Shown here one piece after another: positions 1-9,786 of a DNA stretch of 63,159 nt; the first letter of the stretch is position 1; the number at the start of each line of letters is the position of its first letter. The translations under genes were made by a program, and so were the position numbers. A model generated the notes under the pieces. The model did no database searches. It was not told the origin of the DNA and worked only from the letters and a program-made list of their open reading frames with translations. The stretch lies in NCBI GenBank assembly GCA_934122125.1, contig CAKOVW010000001.1, forward strand, positions 1 to 63,159. Reading direction: 5' to 3'. Source of the DNA: an uncultured Clostridia bacterium (GTDB lineage Bacteria; Bacillota; Clostridia; TANB77; CAG-508).

Positions 1-16
1 TTTTTATTGTTTTATT

Positions 17-556
17 TTACTTATTTAGTGAATTTAAAATTTCAGGATAAATTCTGTAAGCATTTTCTTTCCAATTGTCTACAATTTTTTTTGCCTCTTC
101 ACGAGAGCCAGCAAAAACGCTAATTTCAAAAATACAACTATTATTTTCATTTATCTTACAAGTAACAGTATATTCATTTTCACTCTTAGGAGTATATTCA
201 GCAGTAATAGATTCCTCTTGAGCAGTTTCTTTTAGTTCACTAGAAAATGAAGTATCAACTTTTAATTTAATAATTCCAGGAATCATATCATTAGTAAGGT
301 CTAATGTAGCTTTACCAAGGTCCGTAATTTGATATACATTTTTGCCATCTTTATTAAAACAAACAATATATTTTTTTTCTATTAAATCAAGTAAAAACTG
401 TTGAAAGTAGAAATAATTCATATCCATAACGGCTAGAACCAATCTTAGTAATCCATCATTAGTAATTGGATTTTCTACTTTGTTTAAAATATATAAAATT
501 AAAACCTTATTTTCTGCTAAGACTTCTCCGTCTTGTGTCAATTTCAATTGTTTCAA
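17..556 (-). CDS. DUF4364-family protein (putative small regulator)
   Basis: 179-aa ORF. The N-terminal pattern AENKVLILYILNKV..PITNDGLLRLV..MNYFYFQQFLLDLIEKKYI resembles clostridial DUF4364 proteins as I recall them. Confidence 0.55.
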   Translation of the reverse strand: MKQLKLTQDGEVLAENKVLILYILNKVENPITNDGLLRLVLAVMDMNYFYFQQFLLDLIEKKYIVCFNKDGKNVYQITDLGKATLDLTNDMIPGIIKLKVDTSFSSELKETAQEESITAEYTPKSENEYTVTCKINENNSCIFEISVFAGSREEAKKIVDNWKENAYRIYPEILNSLNK

Positions 557-735
557 CTCCTATCAAAAGCATGATATTTGAATTATACCATATATAAATG
601 CAAAATGCTATATTTACAAAAAGAAAAGTTTAAAAGCTGTATTCTAAAATTTTTCTTAGGTCTTTAGCGGTCATAATTTCCTCCATTATTGTATACTAAC
701 ATATCAAAAAAATAAATAGTTAATAAACAAAAAAC

Positions 736-764
736 TTTACAAATGGCAAAATATACCGTAAAAT
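736..764 (+). promoter_or_regulatory. sigma-A-type promoter for the J-domain gene
   Basis: TTTACA (736-741), 17-nt spacer, TAAAAT (759-764), about 20 nt upstream of the RBS GGGGGA. Confidence 0.45.
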
Positions 765-783
765 AGTGATATAAGGGGGAAAA

Positions 784-1401
784 ATGAAAACTCTATATGA
801 AATATTAGAAGTAAGTGAAGGTGCTTCAAAAGAGATAATAGAAAAAGCATATAAGGTACTAGCTAAGAAATATCACCCAGACTTACAAGGGGAAAAGGAC
901 AAGCAAAAGGCCGAAGAACTAATGAAGCAGATAAATGAGGCATATAATATTTTAAGTAATGATGAAAAAAGGAAAAAGTATGACAGAGAATTGGCAGAAC
1001 AAAGGCAAGCTAAAAAACAGGCACAAAGCAATATACAAAAAGAACAATCAGAAAGTAGTAGTATGTCATCTGTAAATCAACAAATGACAGAAGAGTATAG
1101 AAAACAGCAGGAAAAAATACAACAACAATACCAAGAACAATATCAAAATGCTTATGAAAATTACCTAAGAAGTCTTGGATATAAAATAAAATACAAATGG
1201 ACATGGAGTAGAATAAAAGACTTATTAAAAACTTTACTAATTATAGCAGTGATAATAGTAATTTTATGGCTTTTTCCACCAACCCATAAAATAATATTAG
1301 ATTTTTATAAATCTAATACAATATTGCAAGCAATGGTAGATGTTATAGGAAAAATATTTGAAGGAATATGGGAAAAAATCTGCTCAATTTTTGGCAAATA
1401 A
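784..1401 (+). CDS. J-domain (DnaJ-like) protein with Gln/Glu-rich linker and C-terminal TM helix
   Basis: [20 protein letters not shown] with the HPD motif and [18 protein letters not shown]-terminal hydrophobic stretch [14 protein letters not shown]. Confidence 0.8.
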   Translation: MKTLYEILEVSEGASKEIIEKAYKVLAKKYHPDLQGEKDKQKAEELMKQINEAYNILSNDEKRKKYDRELAEQRQAKKQAQSNIQKEQSESSSMSSVNQQMTEEYRKQQEKIQQQYQEQYQNAYENYLRSLGYKIKYKWTWSRIKDLLKTLLIIAVIIVILWLFPPTHKIILDFYKSNTILQAMVDVIGKIFEGIWEKICSIFGK

Positions 1402-1416
1402 ATTAAATAATAAATA

Positions 1417-1445
1417 TTGAAACACATAAAAAAAGGGTGTATAAT
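1417..1445 (+). promoter_or_regulatory. sigma-A-type promoter for aspS
   Basis: TTGAAA (1417-1422), 17-nt spacer, TATAAT (1440-1445). Confidence 0.5.
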
Positions 1446-1477
1446 AATTATTGCAAATAAAGGTAGGAGATGTATAT

Positions 1478-3229
1478 ATGTATAGAGATCACAATTGTGG
1501 AGAATTAACAATAAAAAACGTAGGTGAAAAAGTAACAATAGCAGGTTGGGTACAAAGAATTAGAAACTTAGGCTCAATGGTATTTATAGATTTACGTGAT
1601 CAATTTGGAATTACACAAATAGTTGTATCAACTGAAAATAAAGATAAACTAGAGAATATAGTTTCAGAATGTGTTATTCAAGTAGTTGGAAAAGTAATTG
1701 AAAGAAGTAACAAAAATACTAAAATTCCAACAGGTGAAATAGAAGTAGAGGCTGAAGAAATAGAAATATTAGGCAAATGCAAAACAGTATTACCTTTTGA
1801 GATTAATTCAGATAAAACAGGAGAAGTAAAAGAAGATTTAAGATTAGAATACCGTTTTCTAGATTTAAGAAATGACAAGCTACACAAAACAATATTACTT
1901 CGTAGTGAAATAATGAAAACTATTCGTAAAAAAATGGATGAACTTGGATTTACAGAAATTCAAACACCAATTTTAGCAAATTCATCACCAGAAGGGGCAA
2001 GAGATTATTTAGTACCAAGTAGAATTCATCCAGGAGAATTTTATGCTCTTCCACAAGCACCACAACAATTTAAGCAATTGCTAATGGTTTCAGGTTTTGA
2101 TAAATACTATCAAATAGCACCATGTTTTAGAGATGAGGACCCTAGAGCAGACAGAGCACCAGGTGAATTTTATCAATTAGATTTTGAAATGAGCTTTGCA
2201 GAACAAGAAGATGTATTAAAAGTATTAGCAGAGATATTTAGAACAGTTTTTACAACACATACAAATTGGAAAGTAGATGAAGCACCATTTATAAGAATTC
2301 CATATCTAGAGGCTATGGAAAAATACGGCAGTGATAAACCAGATTTAAGAAATCCACTTATAATACAAGATGTTACTGAAATATTTAAAAATGTTGATTT
2401 TATGGCATTTAAAGATAAAACAGTCAAAGCAATAGTGGTTCCAAATGGAGCAGAACAGAGCAGAAAGTTCTTTGATAGCATGACAGAATTTGCTACAAAT
2501 GAGGTTGGAGCTAAAGGATTAGCTTGGGTTAAAGTTGATAGTGAAAATACATTAGCTGGAGGAATTGCAAAATATATAACACCAGAAATTCAAAAACAAT
2601 TAGAAACAAAAATAGGAATGAACCAAAATTCAGCTGTATTTTTTATGGCAGATGAGTTTAAAACAGTTCAAAAAATAGCAGGAGCAGTTCGTAGTGAATT
2701 AGGAAATAGACTAGACTTATTAGAGAAAAACGTGTATCGTTTATGCTATATAGTAGATTTCCCAATGTATGAATTATCAGATGAAGGAAAAGTTGATTTT
2801 AATCATAATCCATTCTCTATGCCACAAGGTGGAATGGAAGCATTAATGACAAAAGATCCGCTTGAAATTTTAGCATATCAATATGACGTTGTATGTAATG
2901 GATATGAAGTAGCTTCAGGAGCTGTTAGAAACCACAATCCAGAATTAATGGTAAAAGCATTTGAAATTGCAGGTTACAGCGAAGAAGAAGTAAAAAATAG
3001 ATTTGGTGCATTATATAATGCATTTCAATATGGAACACCACCACATGCAGGTGCTGCACCTGGACTAGATAGAATGGTAATGCTTGTAGCAGATAGCAAA
3101 AACATTCGTGAAGTAATTGCTTTTCCTAAAAATAAAAAAGCAAGAGATTTACTTATGAGGGCACCAAGCAGAGTACATGAACAACAATTAAAAGATGTTC
3201 ACATTCAAATCGTAGAAAAAGAAAAATAA
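1478..3229 (+). CDS. aspS: aspartate--tRNA ligase
   Basis: Class IIb aaRS motifs (FRDEDPRADR, GLDRMVMLVA) plus an OB-fold N-terminus. I chose the ATG at 1478, 7-8 nt after AGGTAGGAGA, rather than the track's TTG at 1451. Confidence 0.95.
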   Translation: MYRDHNCGELTIKNVGEKVTIAGWVQRIRNLGSMVFIDLRDQFGITQIVVSTENKDKLENIVSECVIQVVGKVIERSNKNTKIPTGEIEVEAEEIEILGKCKTVLPFEINSDKTGEVKEDLRLEYRFLDLRNDKLHKTILLRSEIMKTIRKKMDELGFTEIQTPILANSSPEGARDYLVPSRIHPGEFYALPQAPQQFKQLLMVSGFDKYYQIAPCFRDEDPRADRAPGEFYQLDFEMSFAEQEDVLKVLAEIFRTVFTTHTNWKVDEAPFIRIPYLEAMEKYGSDKPDLRNPLIIQDVTEIFKNVDFMAFKDKTVKAIVVPNGAEQSRKFFDSMTEFATNEVGAKGLAWVKVDSENTLAGGIAKYITPEIQKQLETKIGMNQNSAVFFMADEFKTVQKIAGAVRSELGNRLDLLEKNVYRLCYIVDFPMYELSDEGKVDFNHNPFSMPQGGMEALMTKDPLEILAYQYDVVCNGYEVASGAVRNHNPELMVKAFEIAGYSEEEVKNRFGALYNAFQYGTPPHAGAAPGLDRMVMLVADSKNIREVIAFPKNKKARDLLMRAPSRVHEQQLKDVHIQIVEKEK

Positions 3230-3233
3230 AATT

Positions 3234-3290
3234 AAAAGACTGGCTATTGGACTAAAAACCCAAAATTAGACAGTCTTTTAATTTGACTGA
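3234..3290 (+). terminator. possible aspS terminator
   Basis: AAAAGACTG (3234-3242) pairs with CAGTCTTTT (3271-3279) and is followed by TTTTAATTT. The loop is long (28 nt), so the call is weak. Confidence 0.3.
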
Positions 3291-3309
3291 AACAAATTTT
3301 TGTAAAATA

Positions 3310-3338
3310 TTGACTATAGTTTTACTATATAGTATAAT
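3310..3338 (+). promoter_or_regulatory. near-consensus sigma-A promoter
   Basis: TTGACT (3310-3315), 17-nt spacer, TATAAT (3333-3338), upstream of the 82-aa ORF. Confidence 0.5.
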
Positions 3339-3373
3339 AGAATATGTAAATAAAATGCGAAAGAGGTGGTAAT

Positions 3374-3622
3374 ATGTCAGCAAAAGATAATTCAAAAGAG
3401 TCTTTAGAATCACTAATCGCAGCAATACAAGAACTATTATATGAACTAAAAAATGAACAAGATGATATACTAACAAAATTAGACAAACATCATAAAGCAA
3501 CAATGCAACAATTGCATGTACTTAGAGAGTTTGACCAAATTGCAGATATGACAAGCCAAATATTCGAAAGGCGACTATCAAGTATTGAACAAACTTTAAA
3601 AGAAAGAAAAAAGACATACTAA
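3374..3622 (+). CDS. hypothetical small coiled-coil protein
   Basis: 82-aa ORF with RBS GAGGTGG 6 nt upstream. The sequence is charged and heptad-like, and I recognise no family. Confidence 0.5.
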   Translation: MSAKDNSKESLESLIAAIQELLYELKNEQDDILTKLDKHHKATMQQLHVLREFDQIADMTSQIFERRLSSIEQTLKERKKTY

Positions 3623-3627
3623 TTAAC

Positions 3628-3730
3628 AATATGCTATTGGGGACGGAGATTTTTGACACACTTTTAAATTTTAATTTATTTTTAATTCAAAGTGTGCTAA
3701 AATTCTCTATACTCAATGGCATATTTTTTT
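3628..3730 (+). terminator. unusually long imperfect stem-loop followed by a T-run
   Basis: The 37-nt arms 3628-3664 and 3689-3725 pair with a few mismatches or G-U pairs around a 24-nt AT loop. TTTTT follows at 3726-3730. Confidence 0.45.
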
Positions 3731-3799
3731 AAAAACTACTTGCTAAATGTGCAAAATAAATATAAAATAAATACATAAAAAATTAGGAGATACAGTTTT

Positions 3800-5182
3800 A
3801 TGAATAATAAAAAAACAATTAAATTTTATATAGCACTTTGGATAGCAAAATGTGCATCATTTGCATTAAAAATATTGAGAAGAAATGCCACATACATGCC
3901 TGGTAAGTTAGCTTTACAAATATGTCCAGACTTTTTAGGGATGTTAGAAAAGCCAAAAACTATTGTAGGGGTAACAGGAACAAATGGCAAAACTACAGTA
4001 TGTAATATGATAAATGATATATTAACAGCTAATAACTTTGAATTTATAAATAATAAATACGGCTCAAATATAGATGGTGGAATTGCAACAACACTTATTC
4101 AGGGGTCTACGGCATTTGGTAAAGCTAAAAAAGATTTAGCAGTACTTGAAATAGATGAAAGAAGTGCTAATAAAATATATCCATATGTTACACCTACATA
4201 TTTAGTATGTACTAATTTGTTCAGAGATTCTTTGATGAGAAATGCACATACAGAATTTATAGCAGATATATTAAATAAATATATTCCAAAAGAAACTATA
4301 ATGATAGAAAATGCAGATGACCTTATTTGCAGCCATATAGCAGAAGAAAATAAAAAAATATATTTTAGCATTGATAAATTACCAACAGATTTAGATCACT
4401 TTGAAAACATAACAAGAGATATAAGGGTTTGCCCAAAATGTAATAGTAAACTTGAATATGATTATGTAAGATACCATCATATTGGAAAAGCACATTGCAG
4501 TAATTGTGATTTTTCTACGCCTATAGCTGATTATGTAGTAACAAACTTAGATTTAGAAAATAAAAAAATGACAATAAAATCAAATAACATAGAAGAAATA
4601 TATGACTTGATTAGTGATAATATTATAAATATATACAATATGTTAGCAGTAACAATAGTGTTAAAACAGCTAGGACTATCATATGAACAAATTAATTCTT
4701 CTTTTAAAAACTTGAAAATAGTAGAAACAAGATATAGTAAAGAGGAATATAAAGAGTATGAAATAGTAACACAATTGGCAAAGGGAATGAATCCAATTGC
4801 ATGTTCTTTAGCATTTGATTATACTAGAAAGCAACCTGGAAACAAGGCAGTAATAGTAATATTAGATGATTTACATGAGGAGGCAAAAGGCTCAGAAGAT
4901 ACTGCATGGCAATTTGATGCAGATTATGAGTTTTTAAATGATGAAAGCATTAAGCAAGTTATAATTGCGGGACCAAGATATATGGATTCATATATTCGTT
5001 GCTTGATGGCAGGTATAAAGCCAGAAATAATGGTACATAAGAGAGATTTAATTGAAGCAACAAGTGAGTTGAAACTAGACGGAATAGATAAAATATTTAT
5101 ATTACATGATTTGTATTCAATTGAAGAAACAAAGCAAATAAAACAAAAAGTAAAAGAGATTATAGACAACAGTGAGGGATAA
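3800..5182 (+). CDS. murT: Mur-ligase-family lipid II isoglutaminyl synthase subunit MurT
   Basis: P-loop GVTGTNGKTT, Cys4 ribbon CPKCNSKL..CSNCDF typical of MurT, a C-terminal DUF1727-like region, and a GatD-like gene immediately downstream. Confidence 0.85.
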   Translation: MNNKKTIKFYIALWIAKCASFALKILRRNATYMPGKLALQICPDFLGMLEKPKTIVGVTGTNGKTTVCNMINDILTANNFEFINNKYGSNIDGGIATTLIQGSTAFGKAKKDLAVLEIDERSANKIYPYVTPTYLVCTNLFRDSLMRNAHTEFIADILNKYIPKETIMIENADDLICSHIAEENKKIYFSIDKLPTDLDHFENITRDIRVCPKCNSKLEYDYVRYHHIGKAHCSNCDFSTPIADYVVTNLDLENKKMTIKSNNIEEIYDLISDNIINIYNMLAVTIVLKQLGLSYEQINSSFKNLKIVETRYSKEEYKEYEIVTQLAKGMNPIACSLAFDYTRKQPGNKAVIVILDDLHEEAKGSEDTAWQFDADYEFLNDESIKQVIIAGPRYMDSYIRCLMAGIKPEIMVHKRDLIEATSELKLDGIDKIFILHDLYSIEETKQIKQKVKEIIDNSEG

Positions 5183-5218
5183 GTAATAGACTAAATTTTT
5201 GAAAGGAGAAATTCGCTG

Positions 5219-5923
5219 ATGAAAATTGAAATTTTATACCCGGAATTTTGTAACTTAAATGGCGATATGGGAAATATGAGATATTTGCAAAAGTGTTTGC
5301 CAGAAGCGGATATAATAGAAACTTCAATAAATGAAAAACCAAGATTTATAGAACAAGATGATATTTCATTAATATATATGGGAACTTTATCAGAACGTTC
5401 ACAAGAAATAGCAATACAAAAATTAAAACCATATGCAGAAGAAATTAGAGAAAAGATAGAAAAAAATCAATTGTTTTTATTTACTGGAAATAGTGTTGAA
5501 CTATTAGGAAAATATATTGAAAATGAAGATGGAAGTAAAATAGAAGCACTTGGAATATTTGATATATATGCAAAAAGAAATATGATGAATAGGCATAACA
5601 GTTTCTTTTTAGGAAAGTACAAAGACATAGAGATACTTGGCTTTAAAAGCCAGTTTACAATGTTATATGGAAATAATGAAAAAAATTATTTTATTGAAAC
5701 TAATATGGGTATAGGAATAAATGAGCAAACAAAATTAGAAGGGATACATCAAAATAACTTTTTTGCTACATATGTAATAGGTCCATTTTTAGTTTTAAAT
5801 CCATACTTTACTTTAGAGCTATTAAAACTTATGGGAGTAGAAAATCCAAAACTTGCATTTGAAAGTGAAGTATTAGAAGCATATAATATTAGATTAAAAA
5901 AATTTAAAACTATTGAAAATTAA
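5219..5923 (+). CDS. GatD-like (CobB/CobQ-type amidotransferase fold) partner of MurT; catalytic residues apparently missing
   Basis: Aligns by eye to S. aureus GatD (LLGKYIENEDGSKIEALGIFDIYAK vs [25 protein letters not shown]). The positions of the nucleophile Cys and the His read Thr89 and Ile187. Confidence 0.7.
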   Translation: MKIEILYPEFCNLNGDMGNMRYLQKCLPEADIIETSINEKPRFIEQDDISLIYMGTLSERSQEIAIQKLKPYAEEIREKIEKNQLFLFTGNSVELLGKYIENEDGSKIEALGIFDIYAKRNMMNRHNSFFLGKYKDIEILGFKSQFTMLYGNNEKNYFIETNMGIGINEQTKLEGIHQNNFFATYVIGPFLVLNPYFTLELLKLMGVENPKLAFESEVLEAYNIRLKKFKTIEN

Positions 5924-5932
5924 TCTGAAAAG

Positions 5933-5960
5933 ACTCATTCCGTAGAGGAGTGAGTTTTTT
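5933..5960 (+). terminator. intrinsic terminator after the gatD-like gene
   Basis: ACTCATTCC (5933-5941) pairs with GGAGTGAGT (5947-5955) and is followed by TTTTT. Confidence 0.6.
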
Positions 5961-6033
5961 AATTTTACATATTGAAAAAAAAAGGATATTATGATATAAA
6001 TTATATGTAATAATAGATATAAAAGGAACAACA

Positions 6034-7059
6034 ATGAAAAATATAAAAGAATATAACTTAGATGAATTAAAGCAAGAACTTATTTCCCTAGGAGAAAAAG
6101 GGTATAGAGCAGAGCAAATATTTAATTGGATTTATGTAGAAAAAGTAAAAAGTTTTGATGACATGACAAATTTATCATTAGAATTAAGAGAAAAACTAAA
6201 ACAAAATTATACAATGTGCAATTTTGAAATACTTAGAAAACAGGAATCTTCAGACGGGACTAAAAAGTACTTATTTGATGTATTGGATGAAAATGCAATA
6301 GAAACTGTTTTAATGCAATACCATCATGGAAAAACAATTTGTGTATCTTCACAAATTGGATGTAAAATGGGATGCAAATTTTGCGCATCAACCGGAATTG
6401 CATTTATCCGTAGCCTTACAGCAGGAGAAATAGTTGAGCAAATATTGGCAGTAGAGCAAGACATAGGAGAACATATTTCAAATATAGTATTTATGGGAAT
6501 AGGTGAACCATTTGATAATTATGATAATGTAATGCATGCAATTAGAATTATAAATAATCAAAAAGGTTTAAATATAGGAGCAAGACATATTAGTGTTTCA
6601 ACTTCTGGTTTGGTTCCAAAAATTTATGATTTTGCAAATGAAGATTTGCAATGCACATTATCTATTTCACTTCATGCAACAGATAATGCCAAAAGAAGTG
6701 CAATGATGCCAGTAAATAACATGTATTCAATTGAAGAACTTATGGATGCTTGCAAGTATTATATTCAAAAAACTAATAAAAGAATATCATTTGAGTATGC
6801 CTTAGCAAAAGACAATAATGATAATCTAGAAGATGCAAAAGCATTGGTAAATTTATTAAAAGGAATGCTTTGCCATGTGAATTTAATACCAATAAACAAA
6901 ATTGAAAATGGTAAATTTACCAAAAGTAGTAATGACAATATTATAAAATTTAGAGATTACCTAAATGACCACGGAATTGTAGCAACAATTAGAAGAGAAT
7001 TAGGTAGTGATATAGATGCAGCATGTGGCCAATTAAGAAGAAAAAATTTAAAAACATAG
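6034..7059 (+). CDS. rlmN: 23S rRNA/tRNA (adenine-C2)-methyltransferase RlmN (radical SAM)
   Basis: CKMGCKFCAS radical-SAM cluster, C-terminal DIDAACGQL, and the conserved rlmN-stp-prkC-rsgA-rpe gene order. Confidence 0.95.
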   Translation: MKNIKEYNLDELKQELISLGEKGYRAEQIFNWIYVEKVKSFDDMTNLSLELREKLKQNYTMCNFEILRKQESSDGTKKYLFDVLDENAIETVLMQYHHGKTICVSSQIGCKMGCKFCASTGIAFIRSLTAGEIVEQILAVEQDIGEHISNIVFMGIGEPFDNYDNVMHAIRIINNQKGLNIGARHISVSTSGLVPKIYDFANEDLQCTLSISLHATDNAKRSAMMPVNNMYSIEELMDACKYYIQKTNKRISFEYALAKDNNDNLEDAKALVNLLKGMLCHVNLIPINKIENGKFTKSSNDNIIKFRDYLNDHGIVATIRRELGSDIDAACGQLRRKNLKT

Positions 7060-7070
7060 GAGGAAATTAA

Positions 7071-7796
7071 ATGAAAGGTTTTGCTAAAACTGATGTTGGC
7101 AAAGCAAGAGAAATGAATCAAGACTATTACTGTATTCCTTCTTCAGAAAATGATTTACAATTATACATTCTAGCAGATGGAATGGGAGGATATAATGGAG
7201 GAGAAATAGCAAGCAGGCTAGCAGCAGAAACAACAAAAAATTATATACAAAACAATTTTGACAAAATAGAACATGATAAAGAAGCAATATTAAAGTTAGT
7301 AAAAGATGCAATGGAATATGCTAACATGGTAGTATATGAAGAATCAAAGAAAGAACAAAAATTGCAAGGAATGGGTACTACTTTAGATGTATGCTTCATA
7401 TATAATAATAAGATATATATAGGACATGTAGGAGATAGCAGAATATACTTAATAAAAAAAGACATAGCCAGAAAAATAACTAAAGACCACAGCTATGTTC
7501 AGCAATTAGTAGAGGACAAAAAAATTACTAGAGAGGAAGCAGAGCACCATCCAAAAAAGAATATGCTATTAAAGGCATTAGGATGTACCTCTTATGTAGA
7601 GCCAGATATAAGAGCAAGAAACTTGGAAAAAGATGATATAATATTTATGTGTTCAGATGGACTAACAAATATGGTAGAAGAAAATAAAATATATGAAGTA
7701 GTTAGAGAAAACAAAGAAAAAGCACCAGAAATATTAGTAAATTTAGCAAACAATGCTGGTGGATATGACAACATAACAGTTATAACTATAATATAG
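7071..7796 (+). CDS. stp: PP2C-family Ser/Thr phosphatase
   Basis: PP2C motifs ILADGMGG, HVGDSRIYL, CSDGLTN and GGYDNITV. It lies directly upstream of the PASTA kinase. Confidence 0.9.
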   Translation: MKGFAKTDVGKAREMNQDYYCIPSSENDLQLYILADGMGGYNGGEIASRLAAETTKNYIQNNFDKIEHDKEAILKLVKDAMEYANMVVYEESKKEQKLQGMGTTLDVCFIYNNKIYIGHVGDSRIYLIKKDIARKITKDHSYVQQLVEDKKITREEAEHHPKKNMLLKALGCTSYVEPDIRARNLEKDDIIFMCSDGLTNMVEENKIYEVVRENKEKAPEILVNLANNAGGYDNITVITII

Positions 7797-7809
7797 GGGA
7801 GATAAAATT

Positions 7810-9777
7810 ATGAATTTAGTAGGTAAAGTAATAGGAAATAGATATGAAATACTTGAAAAAATTGGTGAAGGTGGTATGGCCACAGTATACAAAGCTAGAT
7901 GTAATATCTTAAAAAGATATGTAGCTGTAAAAGTTCTAAGAGAAGAATTTACAACAGATGAAGAATTTATTAGAAGATTTAACACAGAAGCACAAGCTGC
8001 AGCAAGCCTTACACATCCAAATATTGTATCAATATTTGATGTAGGACATGAAGATAACATTTATTATATTGTTATGGAACTTGTACAAGGAAAGACATTA
8101 AAAGAAATTATAAACGAAGATGGGGTATTACCTTGGAAGTGGTCTGTAAATATTGCAATTCAAGTAGCATCAGCATTAGAAACAGCACACAAAAATAATA
8201 TAGTACATAGAGATATTAAACCACACAATATAATAATAACAGAAGATGGAATTGCAAAAGTAACAGATTTTGGAATAGCAAAGGCTGTATCAAATTCAAC
8301 AATTACAGCATTTGGAACAACAATCGGTTCAGTTCATTATTTTTCACCTGAGCATGCTAGAGGTGGATACACAGATGCAAAATCAGATATTTATTCATTA
8401 GGCGTAGTAATGTACGAAATGCTAACTGGTAGGGTACCATTTGATGCAGATACACCAGTATCTATTGCATTAAAACATATGCAAGAAAAACCAGTAGAAC
8501 CAATGAAATTAAATCCATCTATTCCACTTGCAATAAACAAAATAATAATGAAAGCAATGGAAAAAGAGCCAAGCCTAAGATACCAAAATGCAACTGAAAT
8601 GTTAAAGGATTTAAGCATGGCACTAAAAGACCCAGAAGGTGGATTTGTAAAAAGTAACGCAGAAAAATTACAATATACACAAAGAGTTCCAGTTTTAGGA
8701 GAGGAGCCAAAAGAAGAAATGAAAAAAGAAGATGAAAAAGGAAAATTAGCAAAATATTTTGAAAAACATCCAACTGCTAAAAAAGTATGGATTACAATTA
8801 TAGTTATCTTATTAATGATTTTAATTCCGCTAGCAGGATTTTTCGGAATTCAAGCATTAATGAAAGCAGGACAAACAAAAGATATTAAAGTACCTAATCT
8901 TGTAGGCCAAACACTAGAAGAAGCAAAGGTAACATTAGGAAAAGGAAAATTAACATTAGAAACAGAAGAAGTATTTAATGATGATGTTGAAGCAGGAAAA
9001 ATTATTTCACAAGAACCATCATATGCAGAAGGAAAAACAGTAAAGGAAAATACAACTGTTAAAGTAAAAATAAGCAAAGGCTCAGAAATGGTAGAAATGG
9101 TTAAAGTAGTTGGAATGAAATATGAAGAAGCTGAGCAAAAATTAAAAGATGAAATGCACTTAAATGTAGAAAAGAAAGAAGAAACAAGCAAAACAGTAGA
9201 GAAAGATGTTGTTATAAAACAAGATATCGCAGAAGGAAAGCAAATTAAAGTTGGAGAAACTGTAACTCTAACTGTAAGTATAGGAACTGGTTTAAAAGAT
9301 GTTGCTATGCCATACATAATAGGGGATACAGAAGAAGAAGCTAAAAAGAAATTGTCTGATTTAATAGTAATAGTTGCATATGAAGAAGATATGACAAAAA
9401 CAAATGGAACTGTATTAAAACAAAGCATTGAAGCAGGTACAACTGTTGAAGAAAAGTCAAAAGTTACAATTACAGTAAACAAAATAGAAGAAATAAAAGT
9501 TGGAATAGTTAAACTAAATTTAAAATCTTTCCTAGGAGGAGATGCTGAAATAAAAAAAGACGAAGCCGGAAATGAAATAGAACCAACAGTAAATGTAAAA
9601 ATTACTGTAAATGATGAAACTGTATATAATGATTCAAATAGAAAAGATGAAACTAATATAGTATCAGAAATTTCTGGAAAAGGCACAGTAACAGTTAAGA
9701 TATGGATAAATGATATAAAGAAAACAACAAAACAATTTGACTTATCAGTTGACAGTCCAGTACTTACAATAGATTAA
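7810..9777 (+). CDS. prkC: Ser/Thr protein kinase with three PASTA repeats
   Basis: Hanks kinase motifs (GEGGMATVYKA, HRDIKPHN, DFGIA), a TM helix near aa 330, three PASTA-like repeats and a C-terminal beta-rich domain. Confidence 0.9.
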   Translation: MNLVGKVIGNRYEILEKIGEGGMATVYKARCNILKRYVAVKVLREEFTTDEEFIRRFNTEAQAAASLTHPNIVSIFDVGHEDNIYYIVMELVQGKTLKEIINEDGVLPWKWSVNIAIQVASALETAHKNNIVHRDIKPHNIIITEDGIAKVTDFGIAKAVSNSTITAFGTTIGSVHYFSPEHARGGYTDAKSDIYSLGVVMYEMLTGRVPFDADTPVSIALKHMQEKPVEPMKLNPSIPLAINKIIMKAMEKEPSLRYQNATEMLKDLSMALKDPEGGFVKSNAEKLQYTQRVPVLGEEPKEEMKKEDEKGKLAKYFEKHPTAKKVWITIIVILLMILIPLAGFFGIQALMKAGQTKDIKVPNLVGQTLEEAKVTLGKGKLTLETEEVFNDDVEAGKIISQEPSYAEGKTVKENTTVKVKISKGSEMVEMVKVVGMKYEEAEQKLKDEMHLNVEKKEETSKTVEKDVVIKQDIAEGKQIKVGETVTLTVSIGTGLKDVAMPYIIGDTEEEAKKKLSDLIVIVAYEEDMTKTNGTVLKQSIEAGTTVEEKSKVTITVNKIEEIKVGIVKLNLKSFLGGDAEIKKDEAGNEIEPTVNVKITVNDETVYNDSNRKDETNIVSEISGKGTVTVKIWINDIKKTTKQFDLSVDSPVLTID

Positions 9778-9786
9778 GGAGAATAA

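Noticed and set aside
630-674. A 14-aa mini-ORF (MTAKDLRKILEYSF) on the minus strand, preceded by GGAGG, upstream of the DUF4364 gene.
   Set aside because: It is too short to assess and shows no supporting conservation or structure. It may be a chance SD-like sequence in a divergent promoter region.
8850-9686. A 278-aa antisense ORF inside prkC. Similar long antisense ORFs occur at 42857-43459 (in cdaA), 29616-30146 (in spoVAC/AD), 12579-13079 and 12031-12429 (in the metal ABC genes), 35246-35662 (pheS leader and 5' end) and 53617-54015.
   Set aside because: They are low-complexity Ser/Phe/Thr/Ile/Leu-rich translations that mirror GAA/AAA-rich sense codons of clearly conserved genes. None has an RBS or a recognisable motif. 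They are classic shadow ORFs.
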